A DNA stretch of 64,000 nucleotides, taken from the NCBI GenBank assembly GCA_963924565.1, contig OZ004615.1:6882001-6946000 (forward strand), given 5' to 3'. The translations under genes were made by a program, and so were the position numbers. Each line of letters starts with the position of its first letter. The stretch's first letter is position 1. Below the pieces are notes generated by a model. That model was given only the letters and a program-made list of their open reading frames with translations. It ran no database searches and had not been told where the DNA came from. Source of the stretch: Ascidiella aspersa (Eukaryota). Positions 13,001-25,405 of this stretch are shown here, piece by piece.

Positions 13001-16000
13001 CTGCACTTGCTGCTGCTGCTGCTGCTGATGCTGTGGGTGGCTGGGCTCGGGCTGCTTCCTGGCCGTGGGCAATTCCCACTCGCTGCTGTTTCTGCGCCGC
13101 GTCGAGTCGACTTTGGAACCGTTTTCAGCGCTCTCGGGCGAACTTGGCGCGGAGCCGCGACCTTCGAACGACCCCGGTCGATCAGGAGCGCGCTGGCCCG
13201 GCAGTGGCGCCGCCTGAGCGACGCCCGGCCTCCGCTCGGCTTCGCGGTCCAAGATGGCGCTTCTATATTTGTCGCCGATGTCGACGCGACTGCCAAAGGC
13301 GGCGTACATCTGGCGCAAGATGTCGCTCGAGTCCGGAAGGGATTGAGGCGTTTCGCTTCCGTATTGCTTCTGCTGTTGCTGTTGCTGCTGGTTGCTGAAG
13401 CTCGCTGCGGGTGAATTGGAGCTCTGTCGGCCTTGTAACGATTTTACAGGGCTGGTGGAGTCGCCGGTACTGCGCGCCGCGTCGAATAGCATCCGCTTCT
13501 TTAGGGGATGCGCGTTTTTGGTCGCGTGCGTTTTTTCCGGGCGCTGTTCAACCGGTGATGAGTTCCTGGACAAGCTGCTGCGGCTTAAGTTGTTGTTGTT
13601 CGTGTTTTCTTCGACGCCGTCGCGCTGTTGCGGCTCCGGGCCTTCCCCGGCAGCCATCTGGCCCAGCCTGGCAGCCACCAGGGACGGGTGCTGGTTGTAC
13701 ATCTGCGCCAGGAGGCCCAGTTTGGTCATAGGTGCCATTTCGGGGTGCACTGGCTCCGGGTTACGCGACTCGTCCGACTTAGAACTTGAATCGGTTGAGG
13801 GACTCCTCTGAAAAATACAAACACTAGAGTCAAAAATTATGCTTTAGAATTGTCGAACTTTAGGTTTAAACATATCAGATTTTATTTTTTGACATGACAG
13901 TTTTACGGGGTACAATCAAGACCTATGGCACCAACAAACGCAAATTATCGAACTTCGGGTTTCAACTGATTGCATTCCATGTATTTTACATAACAGTGTT
14001 TTAAAGGGTACAAATCAGGCCTATGGCATCAGCAAGACCAGTTAATATTGGGTCGCTTAATCACGGTGCATAAAACCTAGGTGTAATCTACCGTTTTTGG
14101 TGCCTAACCCTCCATTTGAGCCCCTAATTGGCTAAATGATGGACGCAAGTCACACGTTGAAAAACAAGTTTCAATATCACTCATCTTATCCTCGAATCGC
14201 CAGTAGAAAAACTCCGTGGAAACACGTTCCTATCGGCCGCAAATCGCACCCGAAAATTTCGAACAAGCAGGTCGATGGAGTTGCACCCGGTTTTGCAAGA
14301 TTTTAAAATGCCCAGCAGGCTCCGACGCGGTAATTATCGCCGACAGATGTTTCTCCCATTTCGCCGATACCGCGCCGTTTCTCATTGGAAAGAAGTCCAC
14401 TTAGCACAGAACAGAAGGGCCTGAGCGGTAAGCCTTACTCGGGGGAATAGATACGCACAGGGAAACGATGGGAGAACTGGGAAGAATGGAAGACGGATGC
14501 GGAGTGCTAATTGCCATCAAAAATCCGACGGCCCTTTAATCTATCCCACCTTGATTTATTATATTATTAATAATGTGAAAAGGGGCTTCTAAAAATACCC
14601 TTGACGTCCAGGTAGATTGGCGGACTCCTGTTCCCCAATCTACTATGTCTATTTCGTTTTTCCAGTTTGCTCGACGATAAAAAAGTGGGACGAAAGAGCG
14701 TATGGAAAACACATTTTTACGGGCGGCTTCTTATGCTGAGCAACGGGTCGAAAAACGTCTGGCAAGCAAAAAGGCACGACGGTGCAGCTTGTACGGCCCT
14801 CCATTAATGTGGTCGCGTAGATCGGCTCTCGCCACACGTCCCCTGATAGTTTTCGAGTCGGCAAGCTTCTGGTGCCTAATTGGCGTGTGTATACCCGATG
14901 TTGACATATAGAAGCCCATCGGGAATAAAAGCAGTACAAAGGACACAGCTGTGCGCGGGGAGCTAACGCGCCTGCATCAGCGCCTGGCAGCCGGCGCTTT
15001 GTTGACTGTTGGCGTCGTTTCAGGCCCGCGGTCGGCCTCGGCGAGATATCGATTTTGGGAAAAGTATATAGGTTCCTAATAAAGAATTGTAACGCGCGGA
15101 AAGCAGGTTCAAGATTAATGGCACTATGAATACCCAAGTTTGGCAAAAATCGTTCTGGGTGGGCAATGGCCTGGGATGTTTCATTGAGAGCTATACCAAT
15201 AAACCACAGACGACCCACCTACGTCTTGGTACGATTTGAGTAATAGAGAGAAAATCCGAACGCAAACGTTTGCAAGGCTAAAAACAACAGTAAACGTGTA
15301 TTCTCGATTCTTCGCACAATCTTCCAAAAACGAAAAAAAACAACTCGCGGCATTTATCGATCTGCCTCCTTACCCGATGATGGTTGTGATGACGGTGATG
15401 CTGGTAGGCGGCCACGCGTTCCCCGGCCAGGGCCGACGCGGCCGTCGCGAACCGGTCGTAGGCCTCGATCTCTGGCGAGCTGCTGCTGCTATCTGACAGA
15501 TGCTGCTCCCTGAGGAAATAATAGCAAAATCAATCGCCGCTCGCTCGCTCTAACCCGCAAATCCCCTTTCGAACGTGTCGTCCCACTGCTGCTGCTTCCC
15601 ATTGGCGTCCAAATTCTCCTGGCGCCCCCTGCCCTACCGCCAGCTTGCGCTGCAATCGAAACGCAGGGACGGGCCAGCTTACAAGGCCACATCAAAGATC
15701 GCCTGGCTCGTTTTCCCGACTTAACGTTGGCACCGTTTTTCAGCCAGTGGCTATCCAAAGGCATGCTTATCCCTCTATTTTCCAGGCTTGTCACAACTGG
15801 CACGACAATAAAAAAAAAGACCAGGCCGCATTTTAAATTAACCGCGCAAACTGGCCGAATATGTCGCTGGCAATTGTCTTGGGATCGGACAAGATTTCGA
15901 TCTTGAAGAAGACAGAAGCTGCCATCTGTTACACTCGATGCTACAACCCTTATCATATGCTTTGAGACGTTTGGACTTAGTAACCAAATTGCTGAATTGA

Positions 16001-17228
16001 AATTGAGCTATTAACACAACTTGCGTTTATCACACACCAATTCGTTACAGCGAAAATAGACTACGTGGAAAAAATGGTTTAAGGGTCAAAAACAACTCAT
16101 TTAAAAGCTAAATACTGCAATTGGTCAGGCGAAGCATCATTAGTGCTGTTTTTACCAAACAAATTTTGTTTTTTTGGATCCTGCGATATGGAAAAAGTCA
16201 TAAGCATCTCATAGTTTTAGAAAGCTATAGGTCCGAAAACTAACATTAGTAATACTATTACCGGTAGCCCACATCAAAGTGTTGGCTAAAGTGTCATATA
16301 AAGTTTCAGATAACAGTATTGTGCAATTGGAAGATTGGTTGTATTGTGGGCTAGTCGCCATCCGGAGCTACATTTTATCCTTACCTGGTAACATGACGTT
16401 TGTAGATGTCGCTGTGCGAAAATGACGTTGCCACGCAAGCCGGCATGACGTCACTCTTCACGTTCACTTTGTATTGGTTGAGGATGTTTGAGTGTATCTG
16501 CAGACAATGGGTCTGTTAGATGCACGACAAAATCAGATAAATAGAAGTAGCATTCGTTTCGTACATGTACTATCATGCAACAGAAGGCCCAAAATCCCCA
16601 GTACACATTTCACAAAGCGGGCATTGTGCGGAAAACCCTAAGCTTCAAAGAAGCCCTTGCGCGTGGCCCTCTTATCGCATTCGGGAGCCTTACACACTAT
16701 ACGCGAAGCCAAGCTGGCCTCAACGCCTCATAACCGACTTCAAGTGCGTGAGGAGATAAGCCCAAGTGTCGGCGAGATAACTCCGTGTCTTGGGTGCTAA
16801 GGGGAAAACGGCCTCTGGATATTTTCTTCTGTTAGCTAAAATAACGGCAACAACCCAAACTGCTCGATGACTGTTTTTAAAATGGCGGAAAGCCCTTTGC
16901 CTGATTGTAAAATCGCACCCTCATTAGATGTCCGCCCGCGTTAAAAGCAATAGCGTTGTGTAACACGAATATAGCTACTTGGTGGCGTGTTGATATATAA
17001 TATTTCACATTTAAATTAATTTTCAGCGCGTTGGCCTTTGTTGAAGCCCTTTCAACAAGCGAGTACGTACCTTATAAAGGTTGCCTGGCAAGTTAGCTGT
17101 AAAAGTTTGAGTTCACTCGAAGCGAGGAACTCTTTGATATTATTTATTTGAATATTTGAATAACTTTAAGAACTTACCTTTGGAGAGGCGGAGGTCATAT
17201 CAGGTGAAAACGCTTCTTCGAGCACCAT
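10002..17228 (-). CDS. ATOH8: Atonal-family bHLH transcription factor Atoh8/Net, 7 coding exons, about 1057 aa
   Basis: Exons (minus): 17228-17178, 16497-16385, 15509-15374, 13807-11743, 11618-11533, 11155-10820, 10388-10002. All introns are GT-AG with matching phases (0,2,0,1,0,0); total 3174 nt. An in-frame stop lies upstream of the ATG at 17228. The bHLH RERRLVANARERTRVHTISSAFDELRAQVPSYSCNQKLSKLAILRIACSYI, followed by CTRVLQ/AESRARS, matches the ATOH8/Net signature (ANARERTRVHTIS...QKLSKLAILRIAC...CTRTLQAEGR). The three small 5' exons are less certain than the bHLH exon. Confidence 0.9.
13847..14037 (+). repeat. Diverged tandem duplication, about 95 bp x2, in Atoh8 intron 3
   Basis: AATT.TCGAACTT.(A/G)GGTTT...GGGTACAA..CA.G.CCTATGGCA occurs twice. 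Confidence 0.65.
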
Positions 17229-20200
17229 AAAGGATATAATGCCACCTTATAAATCCAGCATGAGAAGTGGAATTCTCAATTCGCTCGGCGTGTTACACAG
17301 AGTAAATTGGCAGATATTGGCTTTTCGACTATAAATTGCTTTTAAAGCCTACGCTAGCTGGTGGAAATTAAACAGAAGATCAAAAAATGTGCTTCGCAAG
17401 CCTTTGAAAGTGTTAGACGAAAAGTAAAGCAGTCTAAATAAAAGGGTAAGATATGTTGCTTGCTGCTAACTTACACCTGCTGTCAAGTGCGTCGTTTTAC
17501 AAAACAAATCTGACTGACTAACACTGTTTCATACTTCGAACAAAAACTCCGCTGAAACGCGGGACTCAACTTTCCTCCTTCGTCGGCGCGGGAACAGAAC
17601 AACCAAATCGCCGCCGAAATCTCGCGCCCACGTCGATGTGTAACAACACGCCGCACCTCGCCACATCGTAGTGTGAACTGCGCTAACCACTGCCCGGCGC
17701 GAACCTGCGTCTAATCCGCTGCAAAAACGAGAGAAGTGCATCTGTTGGGTCAGCAGCAGCAGGGACAAGCGAGCGAAGGCTTTTTGCCCGCCTATTTGCC
17801 CGCCGATGCCTAATGCGCTCACGCCAGCTGTCGCGTTTTCAAGCGCCTAGGCCCCGATCCACCCGCAATGCATAATGCATCGCGTAGTTGCAGTCACCTG
17901 GGCCCTTCGCCGCCCGTCTTAGTCGCGACAGAGGACCGCCAAGTGGCCCGGGACAGCTGTTCCGCATTTCCCCCATGCGATGCAAGTCATCTGCCCGGCG
18001 CCCGCCTTGCAGCAGTTGCACTGGATGAAGGGCAGGTCCTCTGGGCCGCCTTCTACGCTGCCACGGACCGCTTAGCGCCCCGCTTGTCGACCCGGCTCGT
18101 AAAACCATTTTCGCATCAAATTAATTTCACCTTTTTTCTCGTGTCGCGGCGCAGAAGGCGGCCGAGAGAGAGAGAGACGCGGACCTGAGCCCTTCCCATC
18201 TGTCAGTCACGGTGATGCCCACTGACGACGCTCTGTCTGCTCCCTTTCGCCGCTTGCTCTCTTGCATTCTCCCACTCTCCAAGCTTCCCACGCGCGCCTC
18301 CTCCCGCGCCCGGCTAATTGATCCGCGCTGCCGATTCTGGGCGGAATTCTGAAATTCCGCTTTTGTGACGTCGTTTCACGTCTTCGTAACTTTCGCTGGG
18401 GCTCGCAATTTGCTTCTTCGCGCCGTGTCGGTTTTGTGTTGCCGTCAACGCGGGCTGAATTGGTTCGCCAACACCTCGCGGCGCGAAACACTTAATTCGC
18501 GCCTTTCAGTCGGATAAGTGGCCCGTGTTGTGGCCGCCTTTGTGCCCGGCTCCGCTTTTCCCACCTCATGTAACAATCCTTTCTTTCAGGGCCGCGCCTG
18601 CACCGGACGAATAAACGGACAAGCAACCGAGGCAAGCGGAAATTTTCGGCCCGTATCCATTTTCTCTTTGAGACGCATCCACCAAAGGACTTTGCCACAA
18701 ATGGCCGTCCACTGTTGACTTTTCGGGGCAAAAGCGCAGTTTTTTTTCGGGCCGTCTTTTGTGTCTCGGTGTGGATATTGTAATGCGAGAAAGGCGTCTC
18801 AGCGCAGAACTAATTTCCGTTTCCGCAGAAAGGCCTTAAATATCGATACATTGCAGCAGGCCGATGTTTTTCATCAATGTGACGTGTATGATAGTTTTGC
18901 GTATGCTTCACCCTGAAGACTGACTTTACACTTTACAGTCAACAATCGATATTTCATGCAGAAGTTTAAAACAAAAACTTCTCAAAAATGTTTTTTGGAA
19001 ACGCTATGTCATTTTTCTGATCACTCTTCTAAAAATTAGGAGTCAAGTCACTCATTATTATTAGAACAGCTCCTAAATTTTTCAGCTGTTCGGAGATAAA
19101 AAAAATATCCTTAAACAGTTATGCCAGTAGTTGCTTATACCACTTGCATTAACCCGCATTTCCATTTGGCGCGTGTTCGCTGTCTCCAAGCCACTTCGCT
19201 CACAACACCGACCCTCGTCATGCCAGATGGCGGCCGTTGATAAGAAGGTCCACAGCAGCAACAGCAGCATCTAAACAGCTCGCAGCACATAAGCAAAGGC
19301 TGAAGCGATTTGCCATCAAGGCGGACGGAAAAGCAATTTGCGTCAGCTCAATTATTACAGCGGCTAATACCCACTCGAGTTCGGATGCCGAATTTATCGC
19401 TGTTAAATGCGCAAGGACTGGCGCTCGCCATCTGGGCAAAAACAAGGAAGGCTTCCTCATTGCGAACGCGGTTAAATGACGGATACGGCTCGAGAATGGC
19501 AGCAACGGCAAAAGTTGTGTGATTTCGCGGAAAGGCTCGACTGCACTCTCACAATGCGGTCTTTCGCTTTGTTACGATCGCAATCGGCCCGATATACAGT
19601 AATGCCCCTTGCAAACAGAGGAAATAAGCTGATGGAGCCCGCAGGAAAAAATACAATAAAAACATCACGCAAACAGCCTTCATACCTGTAAATTATCACA
19701 CAACTCTGCAGGCAACAAAACCCTTTTTGCACCAGCGGAACTTTATGCACGTATCTAAAAAAACAGTTTAACTTACAGGTACACCTGTCAAATGGTAATA
19801 CCGGTGCCGATCTGATACCAAATCAAGTTATACTCATTCTAGTCACAACAAACCAACCAGCGTAGGGATTTTTAATTTTGGTCCGTAATAGTTTCTTAGT
19901 CAAGTATGTGTAACCTTACAATCGCTTTACAAATGTAATTGTGGCCTTAAATGTATTGCGCATAAGATACGTACCAGACATTGGTCGCATATATCTACAG
20001 TGCACTATACAGCTACACCTCGGCCGACTTATTCGAGCAGGCGCAATCTTGAAAACCTTTTGTCACGCTCGCGGAGTAATTAGCAGGCGGCGGCGCGAGG
20101 TCTAATAAAAACAACAGAAGCGTGTGTTCAAACTGGTCAAAAGCGGCCGCTTCTCAAGAAAGCAACAATGGACGGATCGCGACAAGTGACATCTGCCACT

Positions 20201-22464
20201 GTATGGACATTGACCGCCGCCATGCCGACCAAGGAGAATCGTTCGCCCTTCCAACGAATGAATAGCATCTGTTCGTAAACCGCCTCGCATTTTCCCCACG
20301 GCTTTCTCGGTATTCGAGTGACGATGTTGTGGATAAATTTGGTTTATGTCGGCCCGGTTTTCACGGCCAGCTCGTGAAGCGCCGACATATCTGTTCTGAG
20401 TCTATTTTTTCATGTCACATTCGCAAAGTTGGCTTTGCCCTTTTCGGCAAGGTTCGCCACATGTGCAATGGTCAAGTCAAGGCGTTATCTTTGCTTCATT
20501 GGCAATTTGTAAAGCGTATACCAGTCCAGCTCTTTTGAGTTTTACAAAAAGAGCTTTGTAAAAAAAGGCTATCAATTCTTTCGACAATTCTTAGAATATG
20601 ACAATATATTTAATTCCCAGCTGTTATTCTAAACACCCACAGCGTTTAAAGCGATATGAATGCCTTGTATTATTTTGTCGCATTCCTTTTGTATGCAAAC
20701 AAAATATTTTTTATTATATATAAAAAAATTAAATTCCATTGAAACCTAACGCGAATTTGTTGTTTAAAAATCGCCGTGCTATGGAACCTCTATTCCGCGT
20801 CCAATACAGGTCTTCTTCCAGTATTAGCCAGACTTAAAAAGCGATCTAACAATCTTTCCCCCATTTTCGATCAAACCTCGGTTAAACGATGGGGCGATTG
20901 CTTTTAGCGCGGCGACGGCGACCGGGACTCGGTGTTGACTTAAAAGCACGCGACACACACCGGGGGTCGATAACAGCTGGCCACCATTCAGCACCGACCT
21001 GGCATCGGCGATTCCCCGAGCGAAATGTGGTGGCCCTGGCTAAAATTGCCCATTGACCTTTCGCCTTATTTGAGCATGTGCTGCGAGTGGTTACTGTAGG
21101 TCTTCTTAGGTTTTTCGTTTTATTTTTTTTTACAAAGATACGTCAGCATTATAGGCGCTCGAATTGCTTTGTTTACTTTCTATTTACAGCGATTCGAATT
21201 TGACACAAAAATTGGTTTGATAAAAATCAATCGTTTTTTTTTGCGTAAGTCGGTTTTGCGAACTGGAAATTGGACAAGTGGCGAAAAAAGCAGTATAGGA
21301 CCAAAACACTCAATTAAAGAAATACCTGATTTTTTCGCTTATCGAGGTAGTCACGTATATACTTAATATGAACAGATCGTTAGGTAACGCTTTGGTCAAA
21401 CGTAGGGAAAATTTTTTTTTAACAAACAACCATCATCAAACGAAACGCGGACATTTAATAGACCAATGTGGCAAATTTTCTAGAAGTGAAATAAATAAAT
21501 CGCATGATGACTAATTTTTAAGGCTTGAAAAACAATGCAAAGGCGTGGTCTTACTCTAAAGGGTGACGTGGCTCTCTATAAAAACTTGTCCAATTTGATC
21601 TAAACAACAGGCAACAACACAGCTGCCTCGAGCGCCGGGTCCTGTTTTCGTTGAGCAGCGCTTTATCTCCGAACCCAGGCGGGATCGAATCTCGGGCAAA
21701 TGCAAAGCAGAGCAGAGTAGAGGGTGTGGATGGGCGTGTCAACGGGGGGAGGGGGCGTGATGTAGAGATGCGCATCCATCGACGACGGGCATCCGGCGAT
21801 CGATCGAATCGGTCGGCCAAATATCCTCAGAGGCATTCGCTTTCCGGCGCCCCATGTCAGGGCTGTCGCGGGCGACCGCCAAAGCCATCGCAATCGGGCT
21901 GACATCTGCTCCGTTGAATCATATCTCCCCATCTCCCGGCCGCCGCTGTTGATTAATTAACGAAGCCTGCGCGCTGCTTCAAGACCTATGCTTCGCCTAT
22001 TGACTCCTCATCAGCCAGGGTTCTCCTGGGAACGCCGAAATGAAGGCGCAGGTGCATCACCTTCGTCTGACTCGTCCAAACGTCGTCCGGCTCGATTCGC
22101 AGTGACGTTTCTCGCTCGGATGACGCGCTGAGGTTAATGCGCCGTGGCCGCGCTATTAGGGCCGATCGAACTTCTAGCTTGTATCCGGCTATGCTGCTGT
22201 TGTACAGCAATGCTTCTACTGCATTTAACATTTTTTCGCTTTGTTCACGAAATCTCCAACGGTCTTTAGATATTTGCTCGTGTGTCTATTGTCGATTGGC
22301 GTATATTTTTTGGGGGGCGTGCCGCCGAATTTGTTCTCTGTTATGTGCGCGTCGCAAGTGGAAAAATGTGAAGGGCACTGTTCTTGTACATCGATATTAT
22401 TTACGGTTAAACCTAGTTACTTAAAACGGCTTGTTTATGCACTTAGCTATTACACAGCTTAATA

Positions 22465-22727
22465 CAGTGGTTCTCAACCTTTTTTCTTTCGTGGCCCATT
22501 TACGTTGCAAAAAAATTCTGTGACCCAATTGAATTTTTATGAAAGAAAAAGCTTTAAAATAGGTTTAGAACAAAACACAGCAGAACATATTTCAAAAAAG
22601 ATTATTTATTCAACCGTGCATTAGTGAAATACTTGTGGCTGAACAATAAATTTACATTCCTTTTTAATTCCTCCCCAAGCCATTATTCCTATAAAGTGAG
22701 CCATGGCCCACTGGCTGAGAACCGCTG
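22465..22727. mobile_element. hAT MITE
   Basis: TIRs CAGTGGTTCTCAACC / GGCTGAGAACCGCTG; perfect TSD GCTTAATA on both sides. Confidence 0.9.
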
Positions 22728-24113
22728 GCTTAATACAAGCGATTTAACTAATCATGTTTGTACTTTTTTATGTTTTTTTTTAATACTTAATAGCATTTCG
22801 AAGGAAACCCGACCAATATAGATTTTTCCCACAATAATAACATCGCTGATTCAATTTTAAGTACGCATGCAGCGTTTTGTACTTGAAACTCGGGCTGTAG
22901 ACCTCGCAGACACATCGCATTTTCCCAAAAATTAAACCTAGAATAAAGGGCGCGCGGTCGTATGGCTAGCTTAAGCACGCGAGGCCCGCCTTTTGACTCA
23001 GCAGTACAAACAACAAGAGAGGGAAGGTGGGGGTTAGCCTCGCAAATCAGCATCGGTGATCTTGTCGGCTAAGGCGCCGACTCACAACGCAGCCTGCAGG
23101 CACTGACAGGGCATAGGGTAGGTGAAATAGACGGGCCAGTATGCCATGGCGACGGTAAAGAGTATTCCGCGTCAACATTTTTAAAGTATGCCACACAGCA
23201 TTAAAACATGTTCTTCTACAAATAAGCTCTTGGATAGACTTCGGAATAAATCGCCTTCAACTTTACCCGTTTGAATTGCAAACTTGTTTATCCGGCAAAT
23301 AGTTTTTTATAATGAATACACCCACGTTTCGGTGATAGAAAACAAATTTTACAATTCAACTAATGACAGTCAGCAGCAGTATGTTCATTACCCGTTTGAT
23401 TATGTTTAACATTCTCCATTAACGTCGTAGTAAGGTCAACCATCCCCCAAAATCGCAACACATTCAACGCTTTGGACGAAATACGCAGAAAAGGATTGTA
23501 GTACACAGCACTAAGTAGGTTCACCACCCCTGCTGTATAGAGGCTTGGCGATGTAGCCCTGTTGCCTTGTGTACACAGGGGCCGGGCCCCTCTTTCGCGT
23601 CGCCGCGTTGTTTTGCTATCCGGGCCGTGTTTGCCCAGTGACGGTGTTAGGGGGTGTTGGGTATGTTTGCGGCGCCAGGCCCGCGTGTGTCGACCGCCAC
23701 GCACAATTTGCACCTTATCAATCCGGCTCGTCTACCCCTGTCTCGCTTCCTTTAGACTTACAGGCCTAAAGATCCGTCCGATGATGGAGAACGGCGAGGA
23801 GGATTTCCTATCAAAACTAGCTTAGGGCGCCGCATTCCTCGAGGCCCCGTTGTCTGGTCTACCGGAACAAACCCGATTAACGAATATGCGCCCGATTTAC
23901 TTTCGAATGTTTTTAGCTGGGGGCAAGCTTTATGCACACAGTATAATCTATACTCAAACTTTTAAACGTCCCACCTCACTCTCTATAACGTGGTATTTGT
24001 ACTTATGTTTAAAGCGGTTCTGATAGCCTAGGTCGTAAGTTCGAACCTTCACGTAGGCTAGATTTCATCCCTAGCTTGCGCGAAACCCATTGACTGATGA
24101 TTTCGGTTTAGTG

Positions 24114-24562
24114 CAGTGGGTCTCAAAGGTAGCCACTTGGCTCCCCAAGGGAGGTATTTTTAAATTTGAGGAGGAAATTTGTTCTAAAGAGGAATTGGGG
24201 AGAAAAATGGATAAAGAATAAGTTATTTAATCGGTCATATGCATTAATAAGCTTATTTCACTGTAATGATTGGATTGATTGCTATTGTAAAGAGTCTATT
24301 AGGCCACAATATATAAGTCTATTGGTTATTAGAGTTACAGCCATTTAAGAAATAGACACTAAATCAGGCATTTTTACATAGGAATAAAATTAATACCTAT
24401 CTATACGTTATGTGTTCAAACAAACGAAACTTTTCAGACGAATTGCGCATCAAAATTTTGTAGCAAGTCTTGGCTTTGAGCGGAAATGTGTCTTCTTTTG
24501 CTGGGGAGAAATTTACAGTTTGGGGCTTGTAAGGGAGGAATATGAAAAAAACTTTGAGAGCC
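24114..24562. mobile_element. Degenerate hAT MITE
   Basis: CAGTGGGTCTCAAAG ... CTTTGAGAGCC partial inverted ends; no clean TSD. Confidence 0.5.
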
Positions 24563-25104
24563 TAAAACAGTAGTTGCACACATATGTGTATGAAAAGTTT
24601 CTGTTTTTAACGACGTTGAACCGCGTGTTTACCAGCTGGTGGCCTAATCACGCGTGACGTCATAAAGTCGTCGTAAATTGACACACATCGGACCGCGCCC
24701 GTCGAAAAGCACTTTCCATCTTTGCTTAGCGGGGAGCGCGCGCCCGCAACCGTAGCTAATTGCGTGCGACGCCGGCGTCCATTTAATTATAGAGGGCTCT
24801 GTGTAAGGCGTCGCTGTTCGGTGTTGCCGAGGTTTGTTTGAGCGCCGCACCAAAGGACATTGTCGTCGAAGCCAAATCGTAAAGGTGACGGTTCGTTCTA
24901 TTTCGGACGCGAACTATTTTTAGGCAAAGGCGCAAAACGGGCGACGTTTCGAATTTGCATCCCCGGGTTTATTTTCGAATCGACGCAACCACTGGCTTTC
25001 GAAGCAACACGCCCCTTTTGCGCAGCCCGGGCACAATAAACAATGTGGACGCATATAGGTTGCGCGAGCGTGCCACAATACGGCGAAAACGCACGTGTAT
25101 AAGT

Positions 25105-25405
25105 CAGTGGTTCTCAACCGGGGTGCCGCAGCATCCTGGGGTGCAATTTCTAATGTTCAAGGGCGACGGGAGATATTTGAGAATCTTTAAGAATCTAATT
25201 TTTGCTCAACTTCTACAACTGGTTGTGTAAGATTAGAGTGGAATAAATCCAATTATAACTTTCTACGTTGTGTATAGAGTGACGTGTGTTTTTCCAGTTT
25301 CGTTTATTGTGACATTCTAGTGAACTACCTACGGAAAAATCTTGTATAGGGGTGCTGCAATTTATTTATTATTTTCTGTAGTGGTTTTATTATTGAAAAC
25401 CACTG
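25105..25405. mobile_element. hAT MITE
   Basis: TIRs CAGTGGTTCTCAA / TTGAAAACCACTG; perfect TSD GTATAAGT; internal GGGGTGC motifs shared with the 36155 copy. Confidence 0.9.

Noticed and set aside
11638-13811. Many overlapping ORFs on both strands (e.g. 11717-12232 +, 12959-13414 +, 11638-12303 -)
   Set aside because: These are shadow frames of the GC-rich 2-kb Atoh8 exon, with no independent motifs or splice support.
24020-24060. B-box-like GTTCGAACC (similar at about 29975 and 7230; TAGCTCAGCTG at about 57620) as tRNA or SINE
   Set aside because: No cloverleaf and no correctly spaced A and B boxes could be built.
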